From positions 81,346,001 through 81,410,000 of the forward strand of contig NC_058368.1 in the NCBI RefSeq assembly GCF_018350175.1: a DNA stretch of 64,000 nucleotides, given 5' to 3'. Positions 63,494 to 64,000 of the stretch are shown here, one piece after another. The position numbers and the translations under genes were made by a program. Origin of the DNA: Felis catus. Its lineage: Eukaryota. The notes beneath the pieces were generated by a model. The model did no database searches. It was not told the DNA's origin and saw only the letters and a list, made by a program, of their open reading frames with translations. How positions within the stretch are numbered: position 1 is the first letter of the stretch; the number at the start of each line of letters is the position of its first letter.

Positions 63494-64000
63494 GGGGGTC
63501 GAATTTATGTTTCTATATAGAGGACGTGGTCGTGTTTACACACTGACACGGAAAGAGAAAAACGCATGTTCTGTTTTAGAACAATTTAACTATTTTTTTG
63601 TATAGACCCGTTTCCACAGGAGACAGAAAGTCATACAAGTTGATATTGTAGCATATTTTCTGCAGCGGAATATTAACATGAAGTATGAGAAGTGGGTGAG
63701 TTTATGCCAAAACGAGGTTATTAATAAGAACAATGTTCCACAGCTGCGTGGCGCTTTTCATCCTGGAAGAGGTTTACAAAACCAAACCTGCAGGAAACAA
63801 ATATTCATAACTACCACCTGCACTTCGGAGATGAAGAAGAAATAGGCGACGGAGGTATTAATAATAAGAAGAAGCTTTTGCAAGGTCATGCCGCAAGATA
63901 ATGCAAAAGCCGGAGATAAAACTCTCAAGAGGCCGCCTCCCTGCTGCCGAGGCCGCCTTGTCTACCCCACCTTCTGAGAAACAGCTCCATGGCGCTTGGA

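Overview
Mammalian non-coding DNA from a felid. The young SINE copies at 39737-39949 and 36280-36460 match the cat-family SINEC_Fc type of Can-SINE. I recognise no host protein-coding exon; the only ORFs with identifiable homology are broken LINE-1 ORF2 pieces. Repeats comprise 29 Can-SINE copies (22 on -, 7 on +), several minus-strand L1 relics (some nested), MaLR/MLT1 solo LTRs, hAT-Charlie and Tc2 DNA-transposon relics, three minisatellite-like arrays, microsatellites and two long purine/pyrimidine tracts. The most likely functional part is ~22.5-28.3 kb: an orphan CpG island with embedded and flanking AT-rich, homeodomain-motif-rich blocks and strong isolated splice signals. This pattern suggests a long-range developmental enhancer or lncRNA region, possibly inside a + strand intron. 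I could not identify the locus. I found no support for a novel multi-gene system. Repeat family names come from recalled consensus sequences and boundaries are approximate.
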